DNA of 64,000 bases. Source: Candidatus Krumholzibacteriia bacterium (GTDB lineage: Bacteria; Krumholzibacteriota; Krumholzibacteriia; LZORAL124-64-63). A program made the position numbers and the translations under genes. The stretch covers positions 96,001 through 160,000 of the forward strand of contig JBFXKG010000003.1 in assembly GCA_050174015.1 (NCBI GenBank), read 5' to 3'. This document shows positions 25,601 through 33,923 of this stretch, one piece after another. Position 1 is the first letter of the stretch. Each line of letters opens with the position of its first letter. The notes below the pieces were generated by a model. The model did no database searches. It had not been told where the DNA came from and saw only the letters and a list, made by a program, of their open reading frames with translations.

Positions 25601-27132
25601 AGCTGGCCCTGACCGTGGTGGACCGGGATCCGCGCCTCTCCGGGACGAACAACTACAGCATCTTCGCCTACGAGGCGAAGCCGGACCTGGTCGCTTCCAC
25701 GCCGGCGGGATGGTTCGCCAACGTGGTGCCTCAGGTGGGCCTGCCCTATGCGGTGACCGATCCGATTCCCGCCCCGAACCGGCTTGCGGGCAACGCGGAC
25801 TCCACCGGCTTCTACTGGTCCCTGCTCAACGACAGCCCGGACGCGGGCATCCCCATCGGCCTGCAGCGGAGGGTGGAACTGGACGGGGCCTTCCTGTTCG
25901 GATCCATGTTCATCGATCCGCTGGCGCCGGGATACGAGGTCAAGATCGCCCAGAGCGGCCTGCGGAACGTGCGCGGCGGCCGGCACACCGTGGTCCACAA
26001 GATCAATCCGTCCCGCGGGATCGACGAGGACGACTACGCGAACAACCACCACGGACGGCAGTGGGTCTGGGAGCCGGGGGTGCTGGTGACCGGGACCGTC
26101 CACACCCTGGCCCTTCCGGCGGAGGCCTACAACGGACTGACCTATCTGACCGAGGGATCGGCCGCTCCCAACTGCGACGGGTACCGGTTCAACACCACGC
26201 TGACCATCAGGCAGGAGGCCCTGCTCGTCGCCTACGGCGGCGCCTCGGCCGCGGACGTCGATCTGGGCCTGTACGGGAGCGCGGACGTGCAGGACGGCTT
26301 CACCGAGCCGTCGGCCCTGTCCGGCTGGAGCGGGTCCGAGGGCGACTTCGTCCTTCGCTACATGCAGGGACCGGGCTCCTTCGCCAGCAACCTCGGCGTG
26401 ACGCGCGGTTACGGCCTGGGTGTGGGTTCGGTCACCCTGGGCGCGCGAACCGCGATCTCGTGGTGGAACTCCGCGCCCGGCACCTACCGGGACGGGGTCA
26501 TCGAGGCGGGCACCTTCGTGGACGACTTCATCCTGCCCCTGCAGCCGGGCCTCTACCGGTTCCGGCTGATCAGCCCCGACGCCCCGCTGGGGTTCTCCCT
26601 GCACGACGTGAGCGACGGCTACTCGTCCAAGTCCGAGTACGTGCCCGGCGCGATCGCCTGGCAGCTCGACGGAGCGCTCGGCGAGCCGGTCGACTTCGTG
26701 GTGCGGATTCCCGACCCGGCTCCCGCGCGCCTGGCCCTGGTGATCTGGCGCCGTGAGGCGTCCACCCACCCAACGGCCGCCTCCTGGAACGTCAGCATCG
26801 GGAACGACGTCACCGGTGTGGACGACGGCGACGGGACGGTGCCCCGGATCGCGGCCTCACGGCTGGTCGGGGCGGCTCCCAACCCGTTCAATCCCCGCAC
26901 CGAGATCGCCTTCGAGACCGCGACGGCCGGGAACTGCGCCCTGACCATCCACGACCTGCGCGGCCGGCTGGTGCGCAGGCTGGTGACCGGCGAGATGTCC
27001 GCCGGCAGGCACACCGTGGTCTGGGACGGTCTGGACGAGGCGGGACAGAGGACCCCCAGCGGGCTGTACGTGGCGAGGATGGTCACGGGGAGCGGGGAGA
27101 CGAGCCTGCTCAAGCTGACTCTCGTGAAGTGA
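22672..27132 (+). CDS. Large secreted putative zinc metalloprotease (HEXXH) with FN3-like, duplicated CARDB-like/PPC-like modules and FlgD-Ig/T9SS-like CTD
   Basis: GGAGG RBS; signal peptide; ICHEYGHYWHH and downstream AWIEG; ESDEGDN and EDDYANN CARDB-type ends; AAPNPFNPRTEI...WDGLDEAG...SGLY...KLTLVK. Confidence 0.85.
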   Translation: MRRVIVLILLALLAAAVPAEATVSRNPIKFRLERPERLPTAGREFTVTLVVEAGRAVEVSGLQLSGSGWGAIRVDGPDAFALEAGESRRLAVQAVPREGFGKLAVTAEVEGRTVKKAFDLSREAYGGILPSDSDLLPPRRLLPAGGEKFKTEPSLTLAEMTGMAVDESAPSDAGDKAYPCTVTGNLCYWHGTQNRWLPASFATVWVWVYPPTGFYYSVGTQKLDETGVFSIQIPDGVTIALAFAASSNAVVVQEDNFAEDNYVWTTARVDIPVGMTHYDAGPIYPSHHHGALHIVADVTYAHNQYRDLGMDLTKIDAQWPDDDGSFYNDYFEELHYDRGDEWHDGTICHEYGHYWHHQYAHEVTHDYCNGICDDGDDCGHCLWCPEEDEVAWIEGCAQILSRLSTDYIEDRALWKVVHYDMESVNDDPNCPWDPWYIENVVAGAAWDVIDNDRGTETDAFGIDALGTVLYDQLDLDTIDILRIMTDSCAVEGHQPYRWPGLFRCAAEYIDDLGRPDATRAMLWETLKNWDLDIDDQSPGAPQNLTTSFPINTPTTIALGGFYWEPAPDDMSGAGGYSVSLTQNAPVLPDHVVDTTKLWWWPDDPLAPGTWYFTVVAVDRTGKWSGDFASYGPIIIAPQGPADLEPYTYSGWTAPVVLRSTLAPVAPDPVVQTNFIQGNSVYFNWGAINTGTGSSGVFKDVFYVDGVPAYTSNGHSLNIGNSSSWRNQGPVDLGVIGRHTVWVALDGEGVVAESDEGDNMYAKQFVFSVPDLDLEETIVRSGGLPDAYAGAAHLWGGGTFHPNCDGFDVELCLFPEVVWAVPQDPNDAVVLRLHTGQTDQTGFGEDLVSSASLPNRAAVVIQNPAETMMTDYAVSVMDQEDAGAAYTIHRELGLMFALPDTLPGVLDANDCLDFYYTYNDLGRNAWFSVKVANGGGSSLRMRFYDPDFAMGTLADADLTLTCAAEDTVVHSLLLEPGKLALTVVDRDPRLSGTNNYSIFAYEAKPDLVASTPAGWFANVVPQVGLPYAVTDPIPAPNRLAGNADSTGFYWSLLNDSPDAGIPIGLQRRVELDGAFLFGSMFIDPLAPGYEVKIAQSGLRNVRGGRHTVVHKINPSRGIDEDDYANNHHGRQWVWEPGVLVTGTVHTLALPAEAYNGLTYLTEGSAAPNCDGYRFNTTLTIRQEALLVAYGGASAADVDLGLYGSADVQDGFTEPSALSGWSGSEGDFVLRYMQGPGSFASNLGVTRGYGLGVGSVTLGARTAISWWNSAPGTYRDGVIEAGTFVDDFILPLQPGLYRFRLISPDAPLGFSLHDVSDGYSSKSEYVPGAIAWQLDGALGEPVDFVVRIPDPAPARLALVIWRREASTHPTAASWNVSIGNDVTGVDDGDGTVPRIAASRLVGAAPNPFNPRTEIAFETATAGNCALTIHDLRGRLVRRLVTGEMSAGRHTVVWDGLDEAGQRTPSGLYVARMVTGSGETSLLKLTLVK

Positions 27133-27156
27133 TCGAGTCTCATTTCAGGTATCTTC

Positions 27157-27202
27157 GACCGGTCGCCGGGCCAGGAGGTTCGGCGACCGGTCACTTTCAT
27201 TT
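27157..27202 (+). terminator. Intrinsic terminator
   Basis: 16-bp stem GACCGGTCGCCGGGCC-AGGA-GGTTCGGCGACCGGTC followed by ACTTTCATTT. Confidence 0.7.
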
Positions 27203-27274
27203 CGACTTCCCGGTCCGCGGCTGAAGACGGTGCGAAACGGTTTCCGGGCAAGGGAACGGTAACCGCCCAAATAC

Positions 27275-27302
27275 TTGACAAAAATTGTAATCTTTTTAGC
27301 TT
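27275..27302 (+). promoter_or_regulatory. Putative sigma70 promoter of the brx-iscA-ygfZ operon
   Basis: Perfect TTGACA, 16-nt AT-rich spacer, TAGCTT. Confidence 0.5.
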
Positions 27303-27362
27303 TGACCCTGACGAAGCCCCCAGGGGGGACAGCCAGTGGATTCAAACAGGGAGAAACCCCTC

Positions 27363-27782
27363 ATGCCATACCCCGAGCAGATGGTGGCCCCCATGCGGGC
27401 CGAGCTGACCTCCAGCGGCGTCCAGGAACTCCGCACGGCTGCCGAGGTCGACGATTTCTTCGCGCAGACCCAGGGTACCGCCCTGCTGCTGATCAATTCG
27501 GTGTGCGGATGCGCGGCCGGCAGCGCCCGCCCCGCCGTCCTGAAGGCCATGGAGCACGCGACGCGGCCGGACCGCTTCGCCACCGTCTTCGCCGGCCAGG
27601 ATCTGGAGGCGACGCAGCGCGCCCGCGAACTCATCGGGGACGTGCCGCCGAGCAGTCCCTCGGTGGCGGTGATGAAGGACGGCGAGCTCGTGCACTTCGT
27701 GCCGCGGCACCTGATCGAGGGCCGGTCCGCCGAGGACGTCGCCCGCGATCTGGCCGCGGCCTTCGACGACGTCTGCAACTGA
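27363..27782 (+). CDS. BrxA/BrxB family bacilliredoxin (YphP/YqiW, DUF1094)
   Basis: MPY...MVAPMRAEL, INSVCGCAAGSARP (CGC motif), TVFAGQD and PPSSPS. Confidence 0.92.
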   Translation: MPYPEQMVAPMRAELTSSGVQELRTAAEVDDFFAQTQGTALLLINSVCGCAAGSARPAVLKAMEHATRPDRFATVFAGQDLEATQRARELIGDVPPSSPSVAVMKDGELVHFVPRHLIEGRSAEDVARDLAAAFDDVCN

Positions 27783-27814
27783 TCCCCGGCCGGATCCGGA
27801 GTGAAGGAAGAACC

Positions 27815-28510
27815 ATGGGCACATTTCACGATACCAAAGACCCCCTCCACGGCATCACGGTCGTGGCCACCGCCGGAGACACCGTCTTCGTCGGCCGCTG
27901 CCACGAGCGAGCGGAGGGGACGGTGGTCCTGGTCGACGTCGACGAGCACAGCGAAGGCCTGGACGGCAAGTCCAACGCCGAATACCTCGCCCGCGCGGCC
28001 CGGTTCGGAGTCTGGAAGAAGCACGATCGCATCGTGCTGGATGCGGCCGGTCTTTCGGACCTCGCGCCGCTGAGCGATTTCTACGGCCGATCGAGCCGGA
28101 CTTCGACGGAACGGGCCGAGGAGTCCGGCCCTCCGCCGGCGGCCGATCGGGCCGCGGGGGAGGCGCCCGGCGCGGCCGAAAAGGACCGGCCGGTGGTCTT
28201 GACGCCGGCCGCCGTCGCCGAGGTGAAGCGGTTGCTGGCCGCCGAGGCCGAGCCCGGCCTGGGCCTGCGCCTGGGCGTGGCGGGGGGCGGGTGTTCGGGC
28301 CTGACCTACAGGACCGAGTTCTCGGCCCGCCGTGACGGCGACGTCGTCGTCCCCGAGGACGGCTTCGAGGTCTATCTCGACCGCAAGAGCGCCATCTACC
28401 TGCGCGGGATCACCCTGGATCACCAGTCCGGCCTGGGCGGCAAGGGATTCCAGTTCCACAATCCCAACGCCACCAACACCTGCGGCTGCGGCGAAAGCTT
28501 CGCGGTGTGA
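27815..28510 (+). CDS. HesB/IscA-family A-type Fe-S carrier with an extra N-terminal domain
   Basis: C-terminal GGGCSGLTY...NPNATNTCGCGESF; ~90-aa unrelated N-domain plus linker; AAGGAAG RBS. Confidence 0.88.
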   Translation: MGTFHDTKDPLHGITVVATAGDTVFVGRCHERAEGTVVLVDVDEHSEGLDGKSNAEYLARAARFGVWKKHDRIVLDAAGLSDLAPLSDFYGRSSRTSTERAEESGPPPAADRAAGEAPGAAEKDRPVVLTPAAVAEVKRLLAAEAEPGLGLRLGVAGGGCSGLTYRTEFSARRDGDVVVPEDGFEVYLDRKSAIYLRGITLDHQSGLGGKGFQFHNPNATNTCGCGESFAV

Positions 28511-30231
28511 CGGTTATGGCGGCAACGGACCTCTGCAGCGCCGCGCGCCGCACCGGGCTGACCGTCCGCTGGGACGGCTGTCCGGGCCTGGGCGCCTTGC
28601 TGGTTGCGGGCCCGGACGCGGGGACCTTCCTGCAGGCCCAGCTGACCAGCGACGTCCTGGGTCTGGGGCCCGGGGATGCGCAGCCGTCGGCCCGCCTGCT
28701 TCGCAACGGCGCGGTGACGGCCCTGATCACCCTGTTCAGGATGCCCGACCGCGGGCAACCCTTCCCCTCGTACCTGATCATCGGCCGGGCTTCGGCTCTC
28801 GATTCCCTCCATGCCGACCTGGACTCCTTCGTCATCGCGGAGGACGTGATGATCGAGGAGGCGACGGCGGAGTTCACGGGGCTGGCGGTGGAGGGGCCCG
28901 AAGCGGAGGCCATGCTCGAGGGGCATGACCTCGCCGCGGATGGAGCCGTGGTGGTTCCCCTCTCCTTGACCGGAGATTCCGGCGGGATCGTCCTGTGTCC
29001 CCCGGGGGGCGCCGGCGCCCTCGAGGCCTTGAAGAACGCTGCGGTCACGAAGGGATTCGTGGACCTGGACGCCGAGGACTCCGCCCCGCAAGCCTGGGAC
29101 TGGCTGCGCATCGAGGGCGGGACCCTGCTTGCGGGCCCGGACTTCGAGCCCGGCAGGACGTTGTTGCCCCAGACGGGGCTCGAACAGCAGGTCGTCAGCT
29201 GGACCAAGGGCTGTTACCGGGGCCAGGAGGTGGTCGCCCGCGTCCGTACCTACGGTTCGGTTCCCCGGGCCCTGCGGGGACTGGTGATCCACGAACCGCT
29301 GGGCATCGCGCCGGGATCCCTGCCGCCGGCCGGTTCCTCCTTGCAGACCACAGAGGGAACGACCATCGGAACCTGGGCCTCCGTGGGGTATTCCGTGGTC
29401 TGGGACCGGCCGGTGGCGTACGTCTACCTGGACAAGGCCAGCCGGGCGCCGGGGTTGCGCCTCGATCTGGTGGTGGACGAGGTCCAGCTCGAGGCCGAAG
29501 TCGTCCTGCTCCCCTTCCATGCGGCCGCCAGCAGCGGCGAGCGGGCGAACCGGCTCTACGACCGGGCCGTCCGCAGCTTCAGCGCAGGCGACGACACGGG
29601 TGCGGTCGCGCTGCTGGAGCAGGCCCTCCGCCTGGATCCCCACCACACCGAGGCGGTCGAGGTGCTCGGCGTGATCCTCGGGCGCACCGGGCGGTTCCAC
29701 GAGGCCATCGACGTGTTCAAGCGGCTGGAGGAACTGGCCCCCGACGAGCCCATGGTCCACACCAACCTCTCCCTGTTCTACATGAGGATCGGCGACAAGG
29801 ACGAGGCCGAGCGCCAGAAGTCCCTCGCCACGCTCAAGAAGTTCGGCGATGGTCTGACCGAGCAGGAGATCGGGGAACGCGAGGGGCGGGAAGCCCGGGA
29901 ACGGCGCGCCGACGCCGAACGCCGGCGCCGCATGTTCGCCGAGGTTCTGGAGGTCGATCCGGAGGACCCCCTGGCCTTGATGGGCATGGGCAACGCCATG
30001 CTCGACCTGGAGGATCTCGCGGCCGCCGAGGAGTACCTGGGCCGGGCCCTGGAGGTCCAGAAGGACAACAGTCCCCTCTACGTGTCACGGGGCAAGGTCC
30101 TCGAGCGCCTGGGCCGCGCCGGGGAGGCCGCCGCCGTCTATCGCCGAGGCGTCGCCGTGGCCAGCCGCAAGGGCGACCTGATGCCCCTGAAGGAGCTCGA
30201 GCACAGGCTCCTTCTGCTCGACCGTTCCTGA
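28507..30231 (+). CDS. ygfZ: YgfZ/GcvT-like folate-binding Fe-S repair protein fused to C-terminal TPRs
   Basis: GPDAGTFLQAQLTSDV, RIEGG and KGCYRGQEVVAR signature; about 220 aa of TPR helices; GTGA overlap with the upstream stop. Confidence 0.85.
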   Translation: MTVMAATDLCSAARRTGLTVRWDGCPGLGALLVAGPDAGTFLQAQLTSDVLGLGPGDAQPSARLLRNGAVTALITLFRMPDRGQPFPSYLIIGRASALDSLHADLDSFVIAEDVMIEEATAEFTGLAVEGPEAEAMLEGHDLAADGAVVVPLSLTGDSGGIVLCPPGGAGALEALKNAAVTKGFVDLDAEDSAPQAWDWLRIEGGTLLAGPDFEPGRTLLPQTGLEQQVVSWTKGCYRGQEVVARVRTYGSVPRALRGLVIHEPLGIAPGSLPPAGSSLQTTEGTTIGTWASVGYSVVWDRPVAYVYLDKASRAPGLRLDLVVDEVQLEAEVVLLPFHAAASSGERANRLYDRAVRSFSAGDDTGAVALLEQALRLDPHHTEAVEVLGVILGRTGRFHEAIDVFKRLEELAPDEPMVHTNLSLFYMRIGDKDEAERQKSLATLKKFGDGLTEQEIGEREGREARERRADAERRRRMFAEVLEVDPEDPLALMGMGNAMLDLEDLAAAEEYLGRALEVQKDNSPLYVSRGKVLERLGRAGEAAAVYRRGVAVASRKGDLMPLKELEHRLLLLDRS

Positions 30232-30239
30232 TCATCCCT

Positions 30240-31793
30240 TCAATTCCTGAAGTTCCGGGCGTCGATGCCGTGCTTGCGCAGCTTCGACCTCAGCGTGTTG
30301 GGGTTCAGGCCCAGCATGGCCGCCGCTCCGTCGGTCCCCTCGATCCTGCCGCGGGCGGCGGTCAGGGCGGTCTCGAGGTGGCGGACGATCACTTCGTCCA
30401 GGGGGGCGATCTCTCCGGTTGCGGTTCGGGTCGAAGGCTCTTTCGTGCGGTGCACGCTGAGCCCCTTGCGGGTGGAGATGCCCAGCGCCTTGGCGATCTC
30501 CAGGTTGCGTCCCTCGCCGAGGATCACCGCGCGGTCGATGACCGATCCCAGTTCGCGGACGTTGCCGGGCCAGGGATAGGCCGCCAGCATGGCCAGATCC
30601 TCAGCTCGGGGCGCCCGGGGGCGGAATCCGAACCGGCGGGCGGCTCTGCGGGCCAGCATGTCCACGAGGGCGGGAATGTCCTGCAGGCGGTCGCGCAGCG
30701 GCGGCAGCAGGAGGGGAAATACCGCGAGTCGGTACCACAGGTCCTCCCGGAATTCCCCGGCCTTGACCATCGCGGCGAGGTCGGCGTGGGTGGCGGCGAT
30801 GACGCGCACATCCACCCGCAGATGGCTCTCGGCGCCGACCCGCTGCATGGATCCGTCCTGCAGGACCCGCAACAGCCTCACCTGCGCCGCCCGGGGCAGC
30901 TCGCCGATCTCGTCCAGCAGCAGGGTGCCGCCGTCGGCCCGTTCGAACCAGCCGGTGCGCCGGGCGACCGCCCCGGTGAAGGCGCCCTTCTCGTGTCCGA
31001 AGAGCTCCGAATCCACCAGTTCGGTGGGGATGGCTCCGCAGTTGACCCGGATGAACGGTCCCCCTGCGCGGCGTGAGCGCGTGTGAAGGATGCGGGCGAT
31101 GACCTCCTTGCCCGAGCCGGTCTCGCCCAGGACCAGGACCGGAACGTCCGATCCGGCCACCATGTCCACCCGCTGCATCACCGACCGCAGGCCGCCGTCG
31201 GCTCCGATGACGTCCTCCAGGACCTCGTCCCGGCCGAGGCGGGTCAGCAGGGATTGCCGGTCGGCCTCGGCCGCGCGTCGCAGATCCTGGAGTTCCCGCC
31301 GGTGACGGTAGTTCTGAAGCGCGGCGGCCAGGGGTTCGCGCAACAGGGCCAGGAACCGGCTGTGTTCGCGAAGGTAGGGGTCGTCCGCCGCCAGGGCCAC
31401 CAGCGCCAGGCCGGCGCCGCCTTCGTCCCCGGGAAGAGGAACCGCCCAGCAGGGGCGCAAGGGAATCAGGTTCTCCAGGGGGAGCAGAACCCTGGGCAGG
31501 GGTTCGGCTTCGGGCAGCAGCGAGGCCTGCGTCCTTTCCAGCCAGTGCGACAGATCCCGGGTCTGGGCCGGTGTCAGATCGAGCCTCGAGTCCTGAGGGG
31601 ACTGAGCCGTCCCCCGGGGGGCGGATCCCGCGGTCTCGGCGACACCGTCGACCAGGTCGAGGGCAAGGACGGTCAGGCCGGCCATGGAGGGGACGCCCGG
31701 GACGTTTCCCATCAGGACGGCGGCCAGTTTATCGATGGTCGTGGCTCGGCAGGCTTCCCGCCAGACGAATTCGGAGAAGGATCCCGGGTTCAT
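30240..31793 (-). CDS. Sigma54-dependent transcriptional activator (bEBP; GAF-like N-domain, AAA+, Fis HTH)
   Basis: GETGSGKE, ELFGHEKGAFTGA, LLDEIGE, WPGNVREL and AAAMLGLNPNTLRSKL. Confidence 0.95.
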   Translation of the reverse strand: MNPGSFSEFVWREACRATTIDKLAAVLMGNVPGVPSMAGLTVLALDLVDGVAETAGSAPRGTAQSPQDSRLDLTPAQTRDLSHWLERTQASLLPEAEPLPRVLLPLENLIPLRPCWAVPLPGDEGGAGLALVALAADDPYLREHSRFLALLREPLAAALQNYRHRRELQDLRRAAEADRQSLLTRLGRDEVLEDVIGADGGLRSVMQRVDMVAGSDVPVLVLGETGSGKEVIARILHTRSRRAGGPFIRVNCGAIPTELVDSELFGHEKGAFTGAVARRTGWFERADGGTLLLDEIGELPRAAQVRLLRVLQDGSMQRVGAESHLRVDVRVIAATHADLAAMVKAGEFREDLWYRLAVFPLLLPPLRDRLQDIPALVDMLARRAARRFGFRPRAPRAEDLAMLAAYPWPGNVRELGSVIDRAVILGEGRNLEIAKALGISTRKGLSVHRTKEPSTRTATGEIAPLDEVIVRHLETALTAARGRIEGTDGAAAMLGLNPNTLRSKLRKHGIDARNFRN

Positions 31794-31921
31794 GGTCGAT
31801 CCTTTTCATTAGACGGAAAAATCATTTAAATAAAATATACAAACCTTTAAAAAAAACGGCAATACTTGATTTGAAATTTGCAACTTATTGAAAAACAAGC
31901 AATTATATTTCATTTCGCCAC

Positions 31922-31937
31922 CTGGCATCTCATTTGC
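31922..31937 (+). promoter_or_regulatory. Sigma54 -24/-12 promoter of the sulfate ABC operon
   Basis: CTGGCATCTCATTTGC (GG-N10-GC), 44 nt upstream of the sbp ATG; divergent from a bEBP gene; AT-rich upstream region. Confidence 0.8.
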
Positions 31938-31981
31938 GACATACGTTTGTCCATTTCATTCTTTCCGAGGGAGGTCCGGCC

Positions 31982-33079
31982 ATGTCGAGCAGCGTCCGAC
32001 GAGCGTGCGGGGTGATTGTGGTCCTCCTGTTCGTCGCTTCCTGCGGAGGAAACGACGGGGAGGCCGACAAGGGTTCGGGGCAGGGCAAGGAACCGACCCT
32101 GCTGAACGTGTCCTACGACCCGACCAGGGAGCTGTACAAGGAGTTCAACGAGGCCTTCGTTGCGGACTACCGGCAGCGCACGGGCCGGCAGGTCCGCATC
32201 GTCATGTCCCACGGGGGAGCGGGCAAACAGGCCCGGGCGGTGATCGACGGGCTGGAGGCGGACGTGGTGACCCTGGCCCTGGCGTTCGACATCGACGCCA
32301 TCAGCGAGCGGGCCGGGCTGCTGCCGGCGGACTGGCAGTCCCGCCTGCCCGAGAACAGCTGTCCCTACACCTCGACCATCGTGTTCCTGGTCCGCAAGGG
32401 GAATCCCAAGGGGATCGCCGACTGGGGAGACCTGGACAAGCCGGGGGTTGAGATCATCACTCCCAACCCGAAGACCTCGGGCGGGGCCCGGTGGAACTAC
32501 CTGGCGGCCTGGGCCTTCGCCCTGGAAAGGGAACTGGGCGATCTGACCAGACTGGGCGATCCGGCGGAATCGGCCGCCGTCGCCGCCGCCCAGGACAGCG
32601 CCCGGGCTTTCGTCACCCGGCTGTTCCGCAGGGTGCCGGTCCTGGATTCGGGAGCCCGCGGTTCGACCAACACCTTCGTCCAGCGCGGGATCGGCGACGT
32701 CCTGCTCGCCTGGGAGAACGAGGCGTTCCTCGCGGTCCGTGAACTGGGCGAAGGTTCCTTCGACATGGTGGTGCCCTCGCTGAGCATCCGCGCGGAACCG
32801 CCGGTGACCGTGATCGACACCTGGGTGGACAAGCACGGCACGCGGGAACTGGCGACGGCCTACCTGCAGTACCTCTATTCCCCCATCGGCCAGAGGCTGG
32901 CGGCCCGGCACTACTACCGACCCGTCCACCCCGAGTTCGCCGACGGCGCGGATCTCGAGCGGTTCCCCTCCCTGAAGATGGTGGGCATCGACGAGGTCTT
33001 CGGCGGCTGGCGGAACGCCCAGGCGGTCCACTTCGCCGAGGGCGGAGTCTTCGACAGCATCTACACGGGAGAGCGGTAG
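31982..33079 (+). CDS. sbp: Sulfate/thiosulfate ABC transporter substrate-binding lipoprotein
   Basis: [49 protein letters not shown]; lipobox VAS-C; GGAGG RBS. Confidence 0.95.
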   Translation: MSSSVRRACGVIVVLLFVASCGGNDGEADKGSGQGKEPTLLNVSYDPTRELYKEFNEAFVADYRQRTGRQVRIVMSHGGAGKQARAVIDGLEADVVTLALAFDIDAISERAGLLPADWQSRLPENSCPYTSTIVFLVRKGNPKGIADWGDLDKPGVEIITPNPKTSGGARWNYLAAWAFALERELGDLTRLGDPAESAAVAAAQDSARAFVTRLFRRVPVLDSGARGSTNTFVQRGIGDVLLAWENEAFLAVRELGEGSFDMVVPSLSIRAEPPVTVIDTWVDKHGTRELATAYLQYLYSPIGQRLAARHYYRPVHPEFADGADLERFPSLKMVGIDEVFGGWRNAQAVHFAEGGVFDSIYTGER

Positions 33080-33082
33080 GCC

Positions 33083-33922
33083 ATGGGGCTGCTGAATCGC
33101 CGCCATTCGGTTCTGCCCGGGTTCGGGCTCACCTTCGGGACGGCGGTCCTGTACCTGGGGCTGCTGGTCATGATCCCGCTGTCGGCGCTGTTCATCCAGA
33201 GTTCAACGCTGGGCTGGGGCGGGTTCTGGGAGGCCGTGTCCTCGCCCCGGGTGGTCGCCGCCTGCCGCCTCAGCTTCACGGCCGCGTTGACGGCTGCCCT
33301 GCTCAACGCCCTGTTCGGGTTCGTGGTGGCCTGGACCCTCGTGCGCTACCGCTTCGCGGGCAAGCGGCTCCTCGATGCGGTCATCGACCTCCCGTTCGCC
33401 TTGCCGACGGCCGTTTCGGGCATCGCGCTCACCTCGCTGTATGCGCCCAACGGATGGGTGGGCCGGGCCCTGGAGCCCTGGGGCATCAAGGCGGCCTTCA
33501 CGCCTCTCGGCGTGGTCATCGCCCTGACGTTCATCGGGCTGCCGTTCGTGGTCCGCACCCTGCAGCCGGCCCTCGAGGATCTCGATCTGGACCAGGAGGA
33601 GGCCGCCGCCAGCCTGGGCGCGTCGCGGCGCCAGACCTTCCGGCGGGTGATCCTGCCGGCGGTGACTCCGGCGCTGCTGACGGGGTTCACCCTGGCCTTC
33701 GCGCGGGCGCTGGGGGAGTACGGCTCGGTGGTGTTCATCTCGGGGAACATGCCGATGCGGACGGAGATCGCCCCCCTGCTGATCATGGCCCGCCTTGAGC
33801 AGTACGACTACGCGGGGGCCACGGCCATCGGCGTCGTGCTGCTGGTGCTCTCGTTCCTGCTGCTGCTGGCCATCAATCTCCTGCAACGGTGGTCGGGACG
33901 CCGGCACATGAGAGGAGTCTGA
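33083..33922 (+). CDS. cysT: Sulfate ABC transporter permease CysT
   Basis: DLPFALPTAVSGIAL, EEAAASLGA and FARALGEYGSV motifs. Confidence 0.95.
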   Translation: MGLLNRRHSVLPGFGLTFGTAVLYLGLLVMIPLSALFIQSSTLGWGGFWEAVSSPRVVAACRLSFTAALTAALLNALFGFVVAWTLVRYRFAGKRLLDAVIDLPFALPTAVSGIALTSLYAPNGWVGRALEPWGIKAAFTPLGVVIALTFIGLPFVVRTLQPALEDLDLDQEEAAASLGASRRQTFRRVILPAVTPALLTGFTLAFARALGEYGSVVFISGNMPMRTEIAPLLIMARLEQYDYAGATAIGVVLLVLSFLLLLAINLLQRWSGRRHMRGV

Positions 33923-33923
33923 G

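Noticed and set aside
27271..27295. IscR/Rrf2-like operator (ATACTTGAC...) upstream of the Fe-S operon
   Set aside because: Only the left half resembles the motif and it is explained by the TTGACA -35; the symmetry is poor.
27275..27814. 411-aa ORF implying a longer IscA fusion
   Set aside because: Its 5' part overlaps the bacilliredoxin gene in another frame; the real start is ATG 27815 with an RBS.
31795..31960. AT-rich islands (also 12780-12960 and 37500-37640) as horizontally acquired DNA or mobile-element ends
   Set aside because: Short, intergenic and containing promoter/operator motifs; no transposase, integrase or terminal repeats.
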